Positions 1 to 12,548 of a stretch of 64,000 nt of DNA are shown here, one piece after another. Location of the stretch: the NCBI RefSeq assembly GCF_009914755.1, contig NC_060932.1. One strand, given 5' to 3'. The translations under genes and the position numbers were made by a program. The first letter of the stretch is position 1. Every line of letters begins with the position of its first letter. This stretch comes from the human T2T-CHM13v2.0 reference genome, Homo sapiens. The notes beneath the pieces were generated by a model. That model worked only from the letters and a program-made list of their open reading frames with translations, had not been told where the DNA came from and searched no databases.

Positions 1-92
1 TCTTATGGGGAAATGGAACGGTTTACATTTTAGACAAAATTAGGGAATATCACAAGTAGTAATTCATGGAAGTATTTCTCTTCTCTTTTCAG

Positions 93-181
93 TTTATGGT
101 CAAATGATTCTTTTTGGCAATCATCACGAGAAAATAATTATACTGTACCTCACCCAGGGGCAAATGTGATTATACCTGAAG
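93..181 (+). CDS. PKHD1L1: PKHD1L1 coding exon (~54), start of second G8 domain
   Basis: ttttcAG acceptor, G|GTAAAT donor; LWSNDSFWQSSRENNYTVPHPGANVIIPEG; in frame with next exon. Confidence 0.93.
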
Positions 182-532
182 GTAAATGCGTAAACACAAA
201 TGAATGAAATGTTTGTTTTCTGCAATATTAACACTATGGCAGGGTAGATGTCACAGTTTTATCAGCACACCTTTCCAAAAGAGCAAGTGTGGAGAAGTGG
301 ACTCTATTAATGCATCCCGGATACTAAACCTAGCCTTCTGGGGTTTCTGTGGATTTAAACCTGACCATTAATTAACAAGAGCAGATTTTCTGGGAGAGAT
401 AGGAATCAGGTATTATATGAAAAGACATGTCATAAACACTCAAAACTAGGACTCACTGATAAGCTTGTCAATGTTTTGCTATAAGTTGTAGTTTATGGAT
501 TATGTTATATTTCTTAAAGTATTGTTTTATAG

Positions 533-681
533 GAACATGGATTGTAGCTGACATAGATATGCCATCAATGGAAAGACTCATTATTTGGGGGGTTCTAGAA
601 CTGGAAGATAAATACAATGTAGGAGCTGCAGAATCTTCTTACAGAGAAGTTGTTTTGAATGCTACCTACATATCACTGCAG
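533..681 (+). CDS. PKHD1L1: PKHD1L1 coding exon (~55), G8 domain
   Basis: ttttatAG / CAG|GTAAGA; GTWIVADIDMPSMERLIIWGVLELEDK...NATYISLQ (core of ORF 502..702). Confidence 0.95.
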
Positions 682-1429
682 GTAAGAGTGAGGGCCTTGT
701 AGTTTATATCTTTATTAATCTAATTCTAAAATGTGTATTTACTCAAATAATAAGAAAGAAGCATATTCAATTGGTGTGAATAAAAACACAACTGGCTCTA
801 TCCCATTAAATGCAAGTCTCAGTTAAGTCCAATATATTTCTGTTCTCCTTTAAATTATGGACTAAACATTTCTTAGGAGTAGTTACTATAGGATTCTTGA
901 GTCTGCAGTTGGCCCAGTTTCCATTGTGTATAGAATATCTATGTCATTATGAGGTCAGGCTAAACCAACAGCTTGTTCCAACAAAGAGTCCTAGGAGTTC
1001 TGAAACAAGTAAAAGAATTTAAGCCTTTTGTTCTTTAAATAAAACAAACAGTATTTAAAAAAAAAACCAAAGGGACATAGATGGAATTGTGAAAGCAAGA
1101 GAAAATAAATCAAAATGTTACAGTTATTCGGAACAATCCCCACATTCCTTGTAAACCCCAGATGGTCTTGAACCTGTACCAGCTTAATCAGCTCGATTGT
1201 CCTGTCAGTCTTGTAATATTGTTCATGAAAAAGAATTGCTTAGCCAAAAAGCTATTAAGCAGCATTAAAATAATAAGCAGTTAGCATTATTATTATTTCT
1301 TTGAGAAAAGGAATAAAGTCCAGAAACTTGGTTATTAATATTTTAAAAGTGCATTGTATTTTGATTAGACATATGGCTTTAAGGTAAATTAAAATTACAA
1401 CTGAATTTTACCTTATTGTTTTTTAGTTG

Positions 1430-1600
1430 GGTAACCATGGGTAAGTTATTTGACCTCTTTCACCATTAGTTTTCTCACCTGTGAAATAAGGATAATAATA
1501 CTAATTCATGAATTTGGTGTAAAGAAAGGTTAAAGGATATATGTGAAGCCTTACACATTATGCATGATGGAAACAGCAAGCATTTAATGATAGCTATTAA
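1430..1600 (+). mobile_element. MIR fragment
   Basis: MIR-core-like gggtaagttatttgacctct...tttctcacctgtgaaataaggataataa. Confidence 0.55.
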
Positions 1601-1974
1601 CTATTAGTATTAACAATGATGGCTCATAAATTGCATAGCTTGGGTGTAAGCGTAAAGAGTATATTTTACATATAGGATATTACTTTCAAATACATTATGG
1701 TCTGTTCAAACACCACTAGTTTAGGTCTTATGAAATCTCAGTTTTAGGTCTAGTTCTGTCAGTAAGTAGATATTGAATTTGACCTTTGAAAAATCATTTA
1801 AACTGCTTATCCAAAAGTGAAATTAAAGTCACTTCCAGTTATAATGCTGTTCTTTATATAACAAAACTCATTCCTTTTTACTAGGCTTCCAGTGACTTCT
1901 GAATTCCTTTTTTATGGGTGGATTTTTTTTCCTGGTCAATTTTTAAGTATTAACAATTTTCTGCTTCATTTCAG

Positions 1975-2104
1975 GGAGGTAGATTAATCGGTGGCTGGGA
2001 AGATAACCCTTTTAAAGGAGACTTAAAGATTGTTCTTAGAGGAAATCATACTACACAAGACTGGGCTCTTCCAGAAGGACCAAATCAAGGGGCAAAGGTC
2101 TTAG
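1975..2104 (+). CDS. PKHD1L1: PKHD1L1 coding exon (~56), G8 domain
   Basis: tttcAG / TAG|GTGTGT; GGRLIGGWEDNPFKGDLKIVLRGNH...GAKVLG. Confidence 0.93.
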
Positions 2105-3528
2105 GTGTGTGTCTACAGATACCAAAAGTGTCACATCTGTTTTAAGAATCTACTTTAAAATATATGGCACTAAAGTACATATCAGTTCATAATGATAAAT
2201 ACTTTATCATAAAAAGTACTTCTGATACAAAAGTATCAGAAGTTTTTACAGAAATTTATTTATTGTAAAGGGTTATAGAAGTAGCAGAGATTTTAGAATT
2301 AAATAACCTCACATTTCACCAGGTTAAAACAGATATAAATGTGTGTATTTTAAACCAAAATGTAATTTATTACAAAACTAATAGTAACAAATCTCTTTGT
2401 ATGTATATTATTTTTCCAATCTGGTTTTCTTCATACAGTTTTCTTTATGTAAGCAATACTATGTTTCACATTTTGGTACCTTTCCTTAAAGGGTAACTTT
2501 CCTACACATTATTCCATTTATAGTATTAATAAATAATCTGTGGATCAGTTGACTCTGCAATCAATTACCCAATCACAGCTGTTGCTGAGATTTAATTTCC
2601 CAGTTGCATTAGTATACCGTGGATATTCTTATTTGAGCTCAGAAAGCAAATGGCTTGAAAGAGTTTAACCTGGTCACAATTAAGAACTGCTTTTATGAAT
2701 GGTACTGCATATTTATTTAGGAGACGCATATAAGTATGTGCTACCATTGTTTTACTGTACAATTTCTAAAACTGACACCAAGTAAATAAGGGGCTAAACA
2801 ATTGCTTGAGATTGAATTAGCTCACCATTCACAAATGTCCTGAGGCAGACAAATTCAATCTTAAAAAAAAGTATGTGCTTTTTATTTCAAAAGTAACACT
2901 TTAAACAACATAGAACAGTATGAAGAAAACATATCTGTAAAGAATACACATCTTTCTAATTCTCTTTTAAGGACACTAGAATTAGTTAAAAATTTTTTGT
3001 GTGTTTTCCTATGTTTTTTATCTATGCCTATATTCATATTACATATACTGATTTGTGGTGATAGTATTGTTCCTTTCATAAAACATGGTCACATTAAGTA
3101 TATTATTACGCAGTTTTCTTTTCTCAGTGAACATATTATGAAAATCTTTCCTGATTTAAACTTACAGATAAAACTCTTTTTTATAGCCTATTATTTTACA
3201 GTATTAGTAAACTTTATTCCATCCTTTTCCTATTGATGTATATTTGGATTAATTCCAGTTTCCTTGTGTTTCTAAATATTGCTGTGGTAAGCATCTTCAT
3301 TCATGTACTCTTGTATACTGGCTTTAATGTCTATGAGCCAGATTTCCGGAAGTGGGTTAAAGGGCCACGTCTTCTTACATGGTTCCAAGCAGAGAGCACC
3401 AATTCATTCCTTTTGTTCTAAAATGTTTAATCACATAATAAAATATATCAATGAACATTTTCATTTTATACTAGCACCTAACTCAGTACTGTGGGGTGAA
3501 TAAGTAGGAGTGTGCTTTTCTTCTTTAG

Positions 3529-3647
3529 GGGTGTTTGGTGAGCTGGATCTTCATGGAATTCCACATTCAATATATAAAACTAAGCTCTCAGAAACTGCAT
3601 TTGCAGGTTCCAAAGTCCTGTCTCTGATGGATGCTGTGGATTGGCAG
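3529..3647 (+). CDS. PKHD1L1: PKHD1L1 coding exon (~57)
   Basis: ttctttAG / CAG|GTAGAC; GVFGELDLHGIPHSIYKTKLSETAFAGSKVLSLMDAVDWQ. Confidence 0.93.
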
Positions 3648-3854
3648 GTAGACAAAATAATTATGTAATGGAAAATGAATATACACAGTGGGTCAGCTGA
3701 AAAAAGTTTCTATTCTACTCTCATGGGCATTCATTTTCTCATGTGATTAACCAGATGAAAAATGTGTATTTTGCAATAAGCTTGCAAAAATGTATCCGAT
3801 AGGAGGCATTTAAAAATTGTGGCTTCAATGGTCCTTTAAAATAAATAGAGAACA

Positions 3855-4240
3855 TTATGTGTGTGTGCATATAATACATAGGTATGTATATTGTATTTAT
3901 ATATATTTTATGACTGTATATTATGTATATATATTTTATGACATATATGACTATAGATTAGTCATACAATATATGACTAATATATATTATGTATATACAA
4001 GCTAATATATGTAATATATGTCATTAAAATGTATGTACATAATATAAATTAGTCATATTATTTTATATTAATATATATGTAAGTCATAAGAAAAATATGA
4101 ATATTTTTGGATAAAATTAAAATATGACTATTAGTCATAAAAATATATATACATAATATATTAGTCATATTAGTCATATTTTATGCCAATGTATATTAGT
4201 CATAAAAGAAAAATATGAACATTTTTGGATAAAATTATTT
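3855..4240. repeat. TA-rich low-complexity repeat with internal duplication
   Basis: (TA)n-like sequence; 30-bp direct repeat 4090-4119 and 4208-4237 with 1 mismatch. Confidence 0.85.
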
Positions 4241-4864
4241 ATTATAAATTCTTGCAAAACAGAAAATTGAATTATTTAAAATATATTTTATTATCTTGGT
4301 TACCTCTTCACTTCTAATTTATGATTTTACATGTTAAGAATTTGAAAAGAAAACAAATTCTGACACCCAGTGACATCCAAATACTGCCTGTGTTAAATGA
4401 GATATTTTAATAAAGTATAAATGGTAGCAATTCTCATCTCTACTGTGCTCATAAACTATGCACAAGCCATAGAGTCCACAGGTTTTACAAATACATTTTT
4501 TAATGCCAAGAAAAATTAGAGAAATGGATGGATTTCATCTCCAAGCTCTCAGATCTCAGCCAGTTCCTTTCTGGTGAGAACAAGCTTTAGACTCACAGAA
4601 CAAAGAGAGCCTTAGTTTGGGCAAATCAATGCAAATCATCAAAACATATGGTTTTGCTCTCTTAGTGTAGTTTATAATTGGTAAATAGAAAGAGGGTTTA
4701 TTGAGAAGTATTATCATCTACTTACAATATGTTTTTATTTGTGATAGTTCTGGTGTGATTACTTTTTGAAGAGAGTAATTAAGTGATTTTGATATCCCTA
4801 TTATTTATCCAATTAATACTGTCTGCAAATTTTGTGTCAGAGTAATATTTAACCAAGTGTCACA

Positions 4865-5140
4865 CAGTTTTCTAGGCATTGGGGATTTAGTGGTGAAGAA
4901 ATTTGTCCAATCTATCATGGAACTTCCATTGGAGTGGGAGAGTCAGATAGTAAATGAACAAATAAATATCTATTGATTTCAAATAATGTGCATAATGAAG
5001 GAAATAAAACAGGTAGTGTGATAGAGACTGCCATGGCAAAGAGTAGCAGATAACATTGAATATTCCAGAGATGGTCTTTGTCAAGGGTACATCTGAGCAG
5101 AGATTTGGATGACAAGGAGGAGCTCAATATACAAAGTTCT
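4865..5140 (-). mobile_element. L2 fragment
   Basis: Resembles antisense L2 3' region (ctaggcattgggg...catggaacttccatt...gagcagagatttggatga). Confidence 0.5.
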
Positions 5141-5585
5141 AGGACTCAGCCTTGCCCTTTAACTTTCCTCGGGCTTTTCTGCCTTTCAGGAATAATAAGT
5201 GATAGTTAATTGTACTAAACAAACAAACAAAAAACTAGGGAAAAAATTCAACTCTTAATAATATTGTCCTGAGCAGTTTTTAATAAAAATGTGAATATGT
5301 TTGCTTTGATGTCTTTGCTTTTTTAAAAAAGGTATATTGCTGTGGTTTTACTAAATGGCTGAATTAAAGTTAAGAAAATGCTCAGATAATTCAAAATTTA
5401 TAATTCTTAATATCAAACACAAGCATATATACCTTTAGAGACTTCAATGTACTGTTTATTCTTTCTGATAATACCATAATTGCCAATGAGATATACATTA
5501 AATTTGAATGATTTAATAATGATATCAAGAAATATAAATCTATTTTTAAAATTGTTCTTAAATTTGGCACTTGAATTTTTCTAAG

Positions 5586-5715
5586 GAGGGAGAAGAGATT
5601 GTGATAACAACCACAAGCTACGATTTCCACCAGACAGAAACAAGAAGTATCGTTAAAATCCTGCATGATCATAAAATTCTCATTCTTAATGATAGCCTTT
5701 CCTATACTCACTTTG
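5586..5715 (+). CDS. PKHD1L1: PKHD1L1 coding exon (~58)
   Basis: tttttctaAG / TTG|GTAAGT; EGEEIVITTTSYDFHQTETRSI...LNDSLSYTHF. Confidence 0.93.
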
Positions 5716-7189
5716 GTAAGTGGATGCTTTTTAACCAAATAGATATATAATTGTGTTGAAAGATTCACATTTACTCTGTAATTATAATTCTTTGATAAAA
5801 CATGTCACAAATATGTTAAAGGAGCATTTTATTCAGATTGGCAATGATACCCAGTGAGTGCTGCTCTTTCTGTGTTGGTTACCGATAGTCCCCGCTATGT
5901 GCTTTCATTCATTCAGCAAATATTCAGCAAAGACTTACTGTTTGACATTTTATAGGGTAAGGCTCAACACTTTCTGTTTGAAGCAAGCTTCCAGGTGATT
6001 CTTGTGCACGCTGAAATTTGAGGATCCTTGATCCAAAAGCCTTGTCCTAAATTGTTTCATGGATATAGTCTTTAGCGGTAAATGCATTTAGACAAGTAAT
6101 AATGGAAGGATAAAACTATAATTGTTGAGGAAAGAAGGAATAAGCATGATCTGAAGATGAGTTTTCCACTTACAGGAGCAGGGCCTTCCCAGCATTCTAG
6201 CCTTTCCCCATTTGGCATGGTACCTTCATCCAAATCTCAGGAAGTGGGAGCAGACAGTAGTGAAAAGTTAGAAAATCCTTTCAGATGCCCATGATGCTCA
6301 TGGGAACTCCAGATGCAAGACAGCATGATAGACTAGCAGACATTTGACCTGCATGAAAAAGAAATTGAAAAGAACTTCTCAAAGCAGTACTTTAATAGAA
6401 GCGCATGTGTCTATAATTCTATATCATATATTTTTCTTTAAATCATAAAGAAAAGTTTTATTTGAAAAATGTTTCATTGTAATTAGTTGTAAAACAGTTG
6501 GTTTTTGAAGTTTGACATTATAGATTCTTTCATTTAAAATATCAAGCATTTTTCTCTGTTTGAAATGCACCTGCTTGTCTTAAAGTTTTGAGTAACATTT
6601 CTTAAAATGTAGCGTGTAATCTAGGTTATGTTTTACAAATTGTTAAGATGTAAATGTACAGATGGTGTTGGATATGCTACTACCTATTGATGAAGACTTG
6701 TGGTTGATATAAAATATGCCACAGAAAAAGTGGAACAAACCAAGGTTTAGGTGGCAGGAGTGTTAATAGCTATGTGTTGTTGATTCTCCTCCTAGCTTTG
6801 GGCAAATTCTTTTACTTCTCTACCTTATTTCCTCATCTATTAAAATTACAATACACTTCTCAATTTGCCACACAACAGGGCTTTCATGTGTAATTTGAAG
6901 TGATTATATACTACCTTCAAGATTTGTTAAGTAGTAACTTTATACTTGCTGATTATAATAATCATTTTGATGTAAATAGAGGAAATATTTTTGATTATAT
7001 TTCATTTTATAAATACGAATATCATAATATCAGACTGCCATCTATATATGTTTAACATGTAAATGTAATCATGCATTCATGTTCATTTTTGGCTTATTAG
7101 AAGGCTGTTTAGCATATAAACTGCAAAGGAACTAGTAAAGACAGATACTTCTCAGCATTGGCAATAATCTAGCTGCCTTTATACTGCAG

Positions 7190-7363
7190 CTGAAAAATAC
7201 CATGTCCCTGGAACTGGTGAGAGCTACACGTTAGCAGCTGATGTTGGGATACTGAGTAGGAACATCAAAATAGTTGGTGAAGATTACCCCGGTTGGTCTG
7301 AGGACTCTTTTGGAGCACGCGTACTGGTTGGCTCATTCACTGAAAATATGATGACATTTAAAG
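7190..7363 (+). CDS. PKHD1L1: PKHD1L1 coding exon (~59)
   Basis: actgcAG / AAG|GTTGGT; AEKYHVPGTGESYTLAADVGILSRNIKIVGED...MMTFKG. Confidence 0.93.
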
Positions 7364-7971
7364 GTTGGTATCAATTCAGTTTATTTTTCTAAATGAGCTA
7401 TAACATTATCTCATCTATATGTAGTCAGCTCTTACATAATTCTCACTTTTTTAATAAGATTATGTGGGAAAATAAAGCATTAAAAGTGATTATGTAGCCC
7501 AGTTTTTACCTTCCAAGTAAATTCTCTTAAATTACTGCTTTTAATTTTATCTTCACAGACAAAATGAATTATCAAATTAACAATGACCTTAGGTAACAGT
7601 TAGACCAGTCTTTCACCTAACAGAGATAATTTTATAATAAGTACCACAGATCATTTATTGTTTTTGTTTTGTTTTAAGGAAAATTTCAAGCATACACCAA
7701 AAACAGAGAAAACAGTATAATGAATCCCAATGTACTAATCACCAATTTCAACAATGATCAACTTTGGCCAATCTTGTTTCACCTACACCTCCATCCACTT
7801 TCTTCATGCTCCTGGATTGTATTGAAGTAATCACGTATTATATCATCTAGAAATATTTTAGTATGCAACTCTAAGACATTTTAGAAAACATCAACAAATA
7901 TCAGACCTAAAAATGTTAATTTCTTAATAATAATTTCTTATCATCAAATGATACTTCAAATTTCCCCAGTA

Positions 7972-8023
7972 TCCTCCCTCCCTCCCTCCCTCCCTTCCTC
8001 CCTCCCTTCCTTCCATCCATCCT
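7972..8023. repeat. (CCCT)n/(CCTT)n simple repeat
   Basis: Direct reading. Confidence 0.9.
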
Positions 8024-8275
8024 CTTGTTTCAAATAAGGATCTAAATAAGATCCACATTGCAACTGATTATGAATCTTAAATCTCTGATTCATTCCTCTC
8101 TCCTTGCAATTTATCTATAAAAGAAGTTGGTCCTCTAATTCTGTGGAGTTTCCAACAGTCTGGAATTGAGTGATTGCATTCCTGGAATTTAACTTGTTCT
8201 TGTCCCCCTGTATTTCCTATGCCTAGGTGATTTAAAACTAGAGATTTCAGGCTCAATTTTTAGTCAAGAATTATG

Positions 8276-8390
8276 CCAGACAGGGTGTCTCAGGCCTGTA
8301 ATCCCAGCACTTTGGGAGGCCAAGGTGGGATGACTACTTGAGGCCAGGAGTTTGAAATCAGCCTGGGCACTATAGTGAGACCCAGCCAAA
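8276..8390 (+). mobile_element. Alu left monomer (FLAM_C/AluJ-like)
   Basis: gcctgtaatcccagcactttgggaggccaagg...gaggccaggagtttga...agtgagaccc. Confidence 0.85.
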
Positions 8391-8520
8391 AGAAAGAAAG
8401 AGAGAAAGACAGAGAGAAAGAGAGAGAGAGAGAGGAAGGAAGGAAGGAAGGAAGGAAGGAAGGAAGGAAGGAAGGAAGGAAGGAAGGAAGGAAGGAAAGA
8501 AGGAAGGAAGGAAGGAAGGG
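8391..8520. repeat. (GA)n then (GGAA)16-AGAA-(GGAA)4 microsatellite in the Alu tail
   Basis: Uninterrupted GGAA run at 8434-8497. Confidence 0.95.
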
Positions 8521-9349
8521 AGAAAAGGTACAGTTGGTAGTGTATTTTTCCATCAGTAGGTACATAATGTATGATTGTTTCTCTTCTTACAATGTTAATA
8601 GCTACTAATTAACATTGCCTAGATTCATTAAATCATTAAGGTTTAAAATTTCCTTCTCATTTATAATAAAGAAAATCTCCCCTAAACAACTATTTGACTG
8701 CACTGAAAAATAGTTCATATAGGAAACACAGGAAAAAATGCTTGATTTTTCCTCATATTGACTAGGTTTCAAGATAATGTGTTGGTTCCCAAGCATCCTC
8801 CAAAGGTGACAGGGAGTTTTTATTGTTTTGTTTTTAGTATCATTATGTGCTCCTGGATCAAAACATATTTGACCTGTTCAAATCCATTGTGATTGTTAAT
8901 CTGATTAATACTCAGAATGCTCCATTATTGACTTTCAGAACCTTTTCATGTTGATGCCTGTCCTCTTGACATGACTTAGTTTTCTAAGCTTCTTTACTTT
9001 CTGATACGGCAAGCACATATTGTAATTTTTTTCTAAGACTGGAACTCATTGTTCCTCCAAGTAATTCTGGTTCTTTTTATTGGAAGATGTTATTTGGATC
9101 CCACAATCTGGGTACTAGGAGTAGACCATCCATTCTTGATTTGAACTGTTTCTGCAGGTACTCATTTGTTCAAACACTGCCTATTTCGTTTTGCAACAGA
9201 TCTATTTTAGAAAATCTTTATATTGAGCAAACAGCAGTCTCACTATAGCCTCTACTTGTTGGTCATAATCTGCCAGAGGAAGCTTACCTGATGATGATGG
9301 TGCTGCTGCTGCTGATAATGATGGTGATGGTAATGACGAACATGACACA

Positions 9350-9530
9350 AGATCACAGGCACTGTGCTAAGCATTAAACACATACAATCTTATTTAATCC
9401 TCATAATGTTATGGCATAAATATTACCCCTCTTTTAAAGATGAACAAACAGATGATTAAAGGGGTAAAGTTGCTTTGATCTTTAATATTAATTTGTGTCT
9501 TTCTCACTTCAAATTCAGCGATGAACCCTA
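9350..9530 (-). mobile_element. MIR fragment
   Basis: caggcactgtgctaagcatt...atttaatcctcataa...tttaaagatgaacaaacaga. Confidence 0.55.
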
Positions 9531-10505
9531 TTCCTATGACAATCTTTCCTTGCTCCTATAAATTGTTTTGTGACGTGAGTAAAGACAACACATCTATGGC
9601 TTTTGTAAGCCCAGGTGGCTTGTAGTAATCATGTCTTCTCTATCATTATCTCAATTATTCATATCTTCTCAACCATGTATAGAAGAATTGCCTCATGGAT
9701 TTTAAGGTAGGCTTTCCTTTCTAGTACAAAATAACTTTTCTCCAACACATCCTATTAAGTATCAGTTTTTGAACAAATAATATTCTCTTTTGTTATTTTC
9801 CAGCCATGAGTTCCTGTGCCTCAGTTTTTTTTAACTAGATGATAGAGATATAAAAGTTCCTAACCCACAGGGTGCTTTATGGGAATTAAACCCCATATTG
9901 CCTGTTATGCATTTAGTACAGCACTTGACAAAGAGCAATCTCTCATGGATTGTTATTGCTGTTATTAGTAGTCTGTAAAATTACCCTTTGTCACCTCGAT
10001 GGTACTTATGATAAGCTGACCAGCAGATAATTGGCAATACATATTCTGAAAGAGATTATAAAAGGTAATGCCCTTAAAAGCTCTTTATGGCATCAAAAGG
10101 GAAATATCAGGTAAATTATATTTTATGCCTTATGCCATACATTCTCAATTCGAAAATATCACCCCCCAGGAGGAAAAACTTAGTTCTTGAGGTGGGGGCA
10201 AAAAACGTAGGTATTACAATGGTTTGTGGTCCTCCAAAGGGCCACTGTATACTAACAGATATATGGTATATATGCGTTATTAAAATTTTGCGGGAGAGTG
10301 CAGGCTATTAGGAAAAAAAATGTTGAAAAAGGCTATTTGTGAGTACAATGAAAAGAGGTCTGAGAAATACTACCTCTTCTGGATTAAAGGAGCAAAGAAT
10401 AATGATTTTTTCATGAAAAATTTGAACAACTTTGTGTAGCTTTTCAAAAATGTTTTATTCCAACTGTTTTAAGAAAAACAAATTTTAAATCTTTCCCTAC
10501 CTTAG

Positions 10506-10609
10506 GAAATGCAAGAATAAGTAATGTGGAATTTTATCACAGTGGTCAAGAAGGCTTCAGGGATAGCACAGATCCAAGATATGCTGTAACGTTTCTTAAC
10601 CTAGGACAG
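10506..10609 (+). CDS. PKHD1L1: PKHD1L1 coding exon (~60), beta-helix (PbH1) region
   Basis: ccttAG / CAG|GTTTGT; GNARISNVEFYHSGQEGFRDSTDPRYAVTFLNLGQ. Confidence 0.93.
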
Positions 10610-11525
10610 GTTTGTGCTTTATTTTTAATTTTGTGTATATTAAAAATATGCAAAATATTTTTATTTTCATTTGACTTCTAAATAGCCACATCTTATATTA
10701 GCTAAAATTATAATCTAATATAATAAAACTTTCTTGGCCCATTAACTTTTTAGACCTATATAAGCAGGATTTTATTCCACCCATATTGTGCGTTTATTTA
10801 AGGCCAGTAAAAACCATAGGAAAAATAGTATGGAGGGTGAAAGAATCAAAGATCTATAATAGTGGTTTATATATCCACTTTATTTTGCAATGACCAAAAA
10901 CATTTTTCCAAATGGTTTCTAGTAAACAAAGAGAGTATTGCTTAAATTTCTCAAATGAAATGCATGTCTGATCTACACCTCCATCAAAAGTGGGAAAATA
11001 AATATTCTGAGAGGGCTGGTGATTTAAGAAAAATGAGAGACAGCATATTTCTTAGTAGAAATACAAAATAATCTGTAGGTTTAAATTGAAACCCCTAACC
11101 TGTTCACTGAATGGTTCTTAGAGACATTTGAATAGTAACTCCTTGACTAAAGTATTATTTTTTGTAATTAAAAAAAAATCCCTGTCATCATAAACTATTC
11201 TGAAAAAATAAATTTTAGCACCTTAGCATTTTATAAGTGATAATAGGAATATAAATGCATAGAAAAGAACTGGAGAATTTTGAAATCTGCATTTAAAGTA
11301 AGCATATATATTCAATATATCTAATAATAAATTCAGATATATGGAAATTTCCATATTTTATATATGGATATATTAAAGACTTATGGAGAAATCATCTTTA
11401 AGAGAAAGTGAATTGAGTATTGATTATTGATAAAGGTTTGTTTACTGAAAATCATTTACTTCAATTTTTAAAAATATATTGTAATTTTATTTTAAAAATG
11501 TTCTCTGTATCCCAATGTTGTATAG

Positions 11526-11655
11526 ATTCAAGAACATGGCTCATCTTATATTCGAGGCTGTGCTTTTCACCATGGCTTCTCTCCAGCAATTGGTGTATTT
11601 GGGACAGATGGATTGGACATAGATGACAACATCATTCACTTTACAGTGGGGGAAG
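11526..11655 (+). CDS. PKHD1L1: PKHD1L1 coding exon (~61), PbH1 region
   Basis: tgtatAG / AAG|GTAATA; IQEHGSSYIRGCAFHHGFSPAIGVFGTDGLDIDDNIIHFTVGEG. Confidence 0.93.
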
Positions 11656-11723
11656 GTAATATAATAATATTTTGGTTCAAATTACACATCCTGTGGAGGC
11701 TTTCTTATCTATATACTCTAGAG

Positions 11724-11952
11724 CTACACTGCCCAATTGATCTTTCTGTGAGGATGGAAATGGTCTATATTTCTGCTGTCTAATATAGTAATTACTAAGT
11801 CATATGTGTCTATTGAGCACTTGAATTATGGCTAGGAGCTGAATTATGACTGAGGAACTGAATTTTTAATTTTAATGGTACATAATTTAATTGTACTTAA
11901 TATACATTTAAATAGCCACATGTGGCTATGGTTATCATATTAGACACTATAG
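11724..11952. mobile_element. MER3-like hAT-Charlie DNA transposon
   Basis: Matches MER3 motifs gatggaaa...ctattgagcacttgaa...tgactgaggaactgaatttttaatttta...aaatagccacatgtggcta. Confidence 0.75.
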
Positions 11953-12426
11953 CCCTATAAAATGGAAGAATTTTTACCACATCACATTCTTACATGAGTT
12001 ATCTAATCACTAATTATTTAAATTTAATACTCCTCACTTATCAATCACAAATATTATTACAAATAAAGGTTATATACAACTTTAGGCATATTATATTTAT
12101 TTTTGTCAATATGAAGTATAATAAACATATTTAATGTATATGAAAGCTGTGGGTGTGTTTGTTAAATAAAATCTGAGATGGACCCTGTGAACCCACATAT
12201 TTAACAAGCATCCCAGAAGATTCTAATTCAGGTAGTCTATTAAAGAGGTAGAGTTCATTATCAAAGAGTTCAGAAGACTCCTTCGAAACTCTAAGAGGAT
12301 TGTTTGTCAGGCTCAAAGTAGAAAAATAATTTTATGGAAAAATCAAAAGACATTACTCCTAATAGTCGTTGCAAATTGACTTATGTTTTTTGGGGATTTT
12401 CTTTCTTTTTTTCTTTTTTTAAACAG

Positions 12427-12548
12427 GCATAAGAATATGGGGGAATGCCAACCGAGTCCGAGGGAATTTGATTGCACTTTCGGTTTGGCCAGGAACCTAT
12501 CAGAACAGAAAAGATTTAAGTTCAACTCTCTGGCATGCAGCAATTGAG
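12427..12548 (+). CDS. PKHD1L1: PKHD1L1 coding exon (~62), PbH1 region
   Basis: long T tract then aaacAG / GAG|GTAGTG; GIRIWGNANRVRGNLIALSVWPGTYQNRKDLSSTLWHAAIE. Confidence 0.93.

Larger units (their letters stand above)
7660..9125 (-). mobile_element. Old L1M-type fragment interrupted by simple repeats and an Alu monomer
   Basis: L1M 3'-like sequence (aaatttcaagcatacac...acagtataatgaatccc); subfamily and strand uncertain. Confidence 0.4.

Noticed and set aside
5583-5588. NAGNAG tandem acceptor (AAG GAG) at exon 58
   Set aside because: Distal GAG acceptors are rarely used, and there is no evidence from sequence alone.
5391-5768. 125-aa minus-strand ORF overlapping exon 58, and the similar one at 28221-28514
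   Set aside because: Antisense shadows of real exons in AT-rich DNA, with no splice or promoter support.
8290-8608. ORFs with GRKE and LPSF repeats
   Set aside because: Translations of the GGAA microsatellite and Alu monomer.
9282-9290. Strong minus-strand donor (CAGGTAAGC) suggesting an antisense transcript
   Set aside because: An isolated 9-mer with no supporting exon chain or promoter visible.
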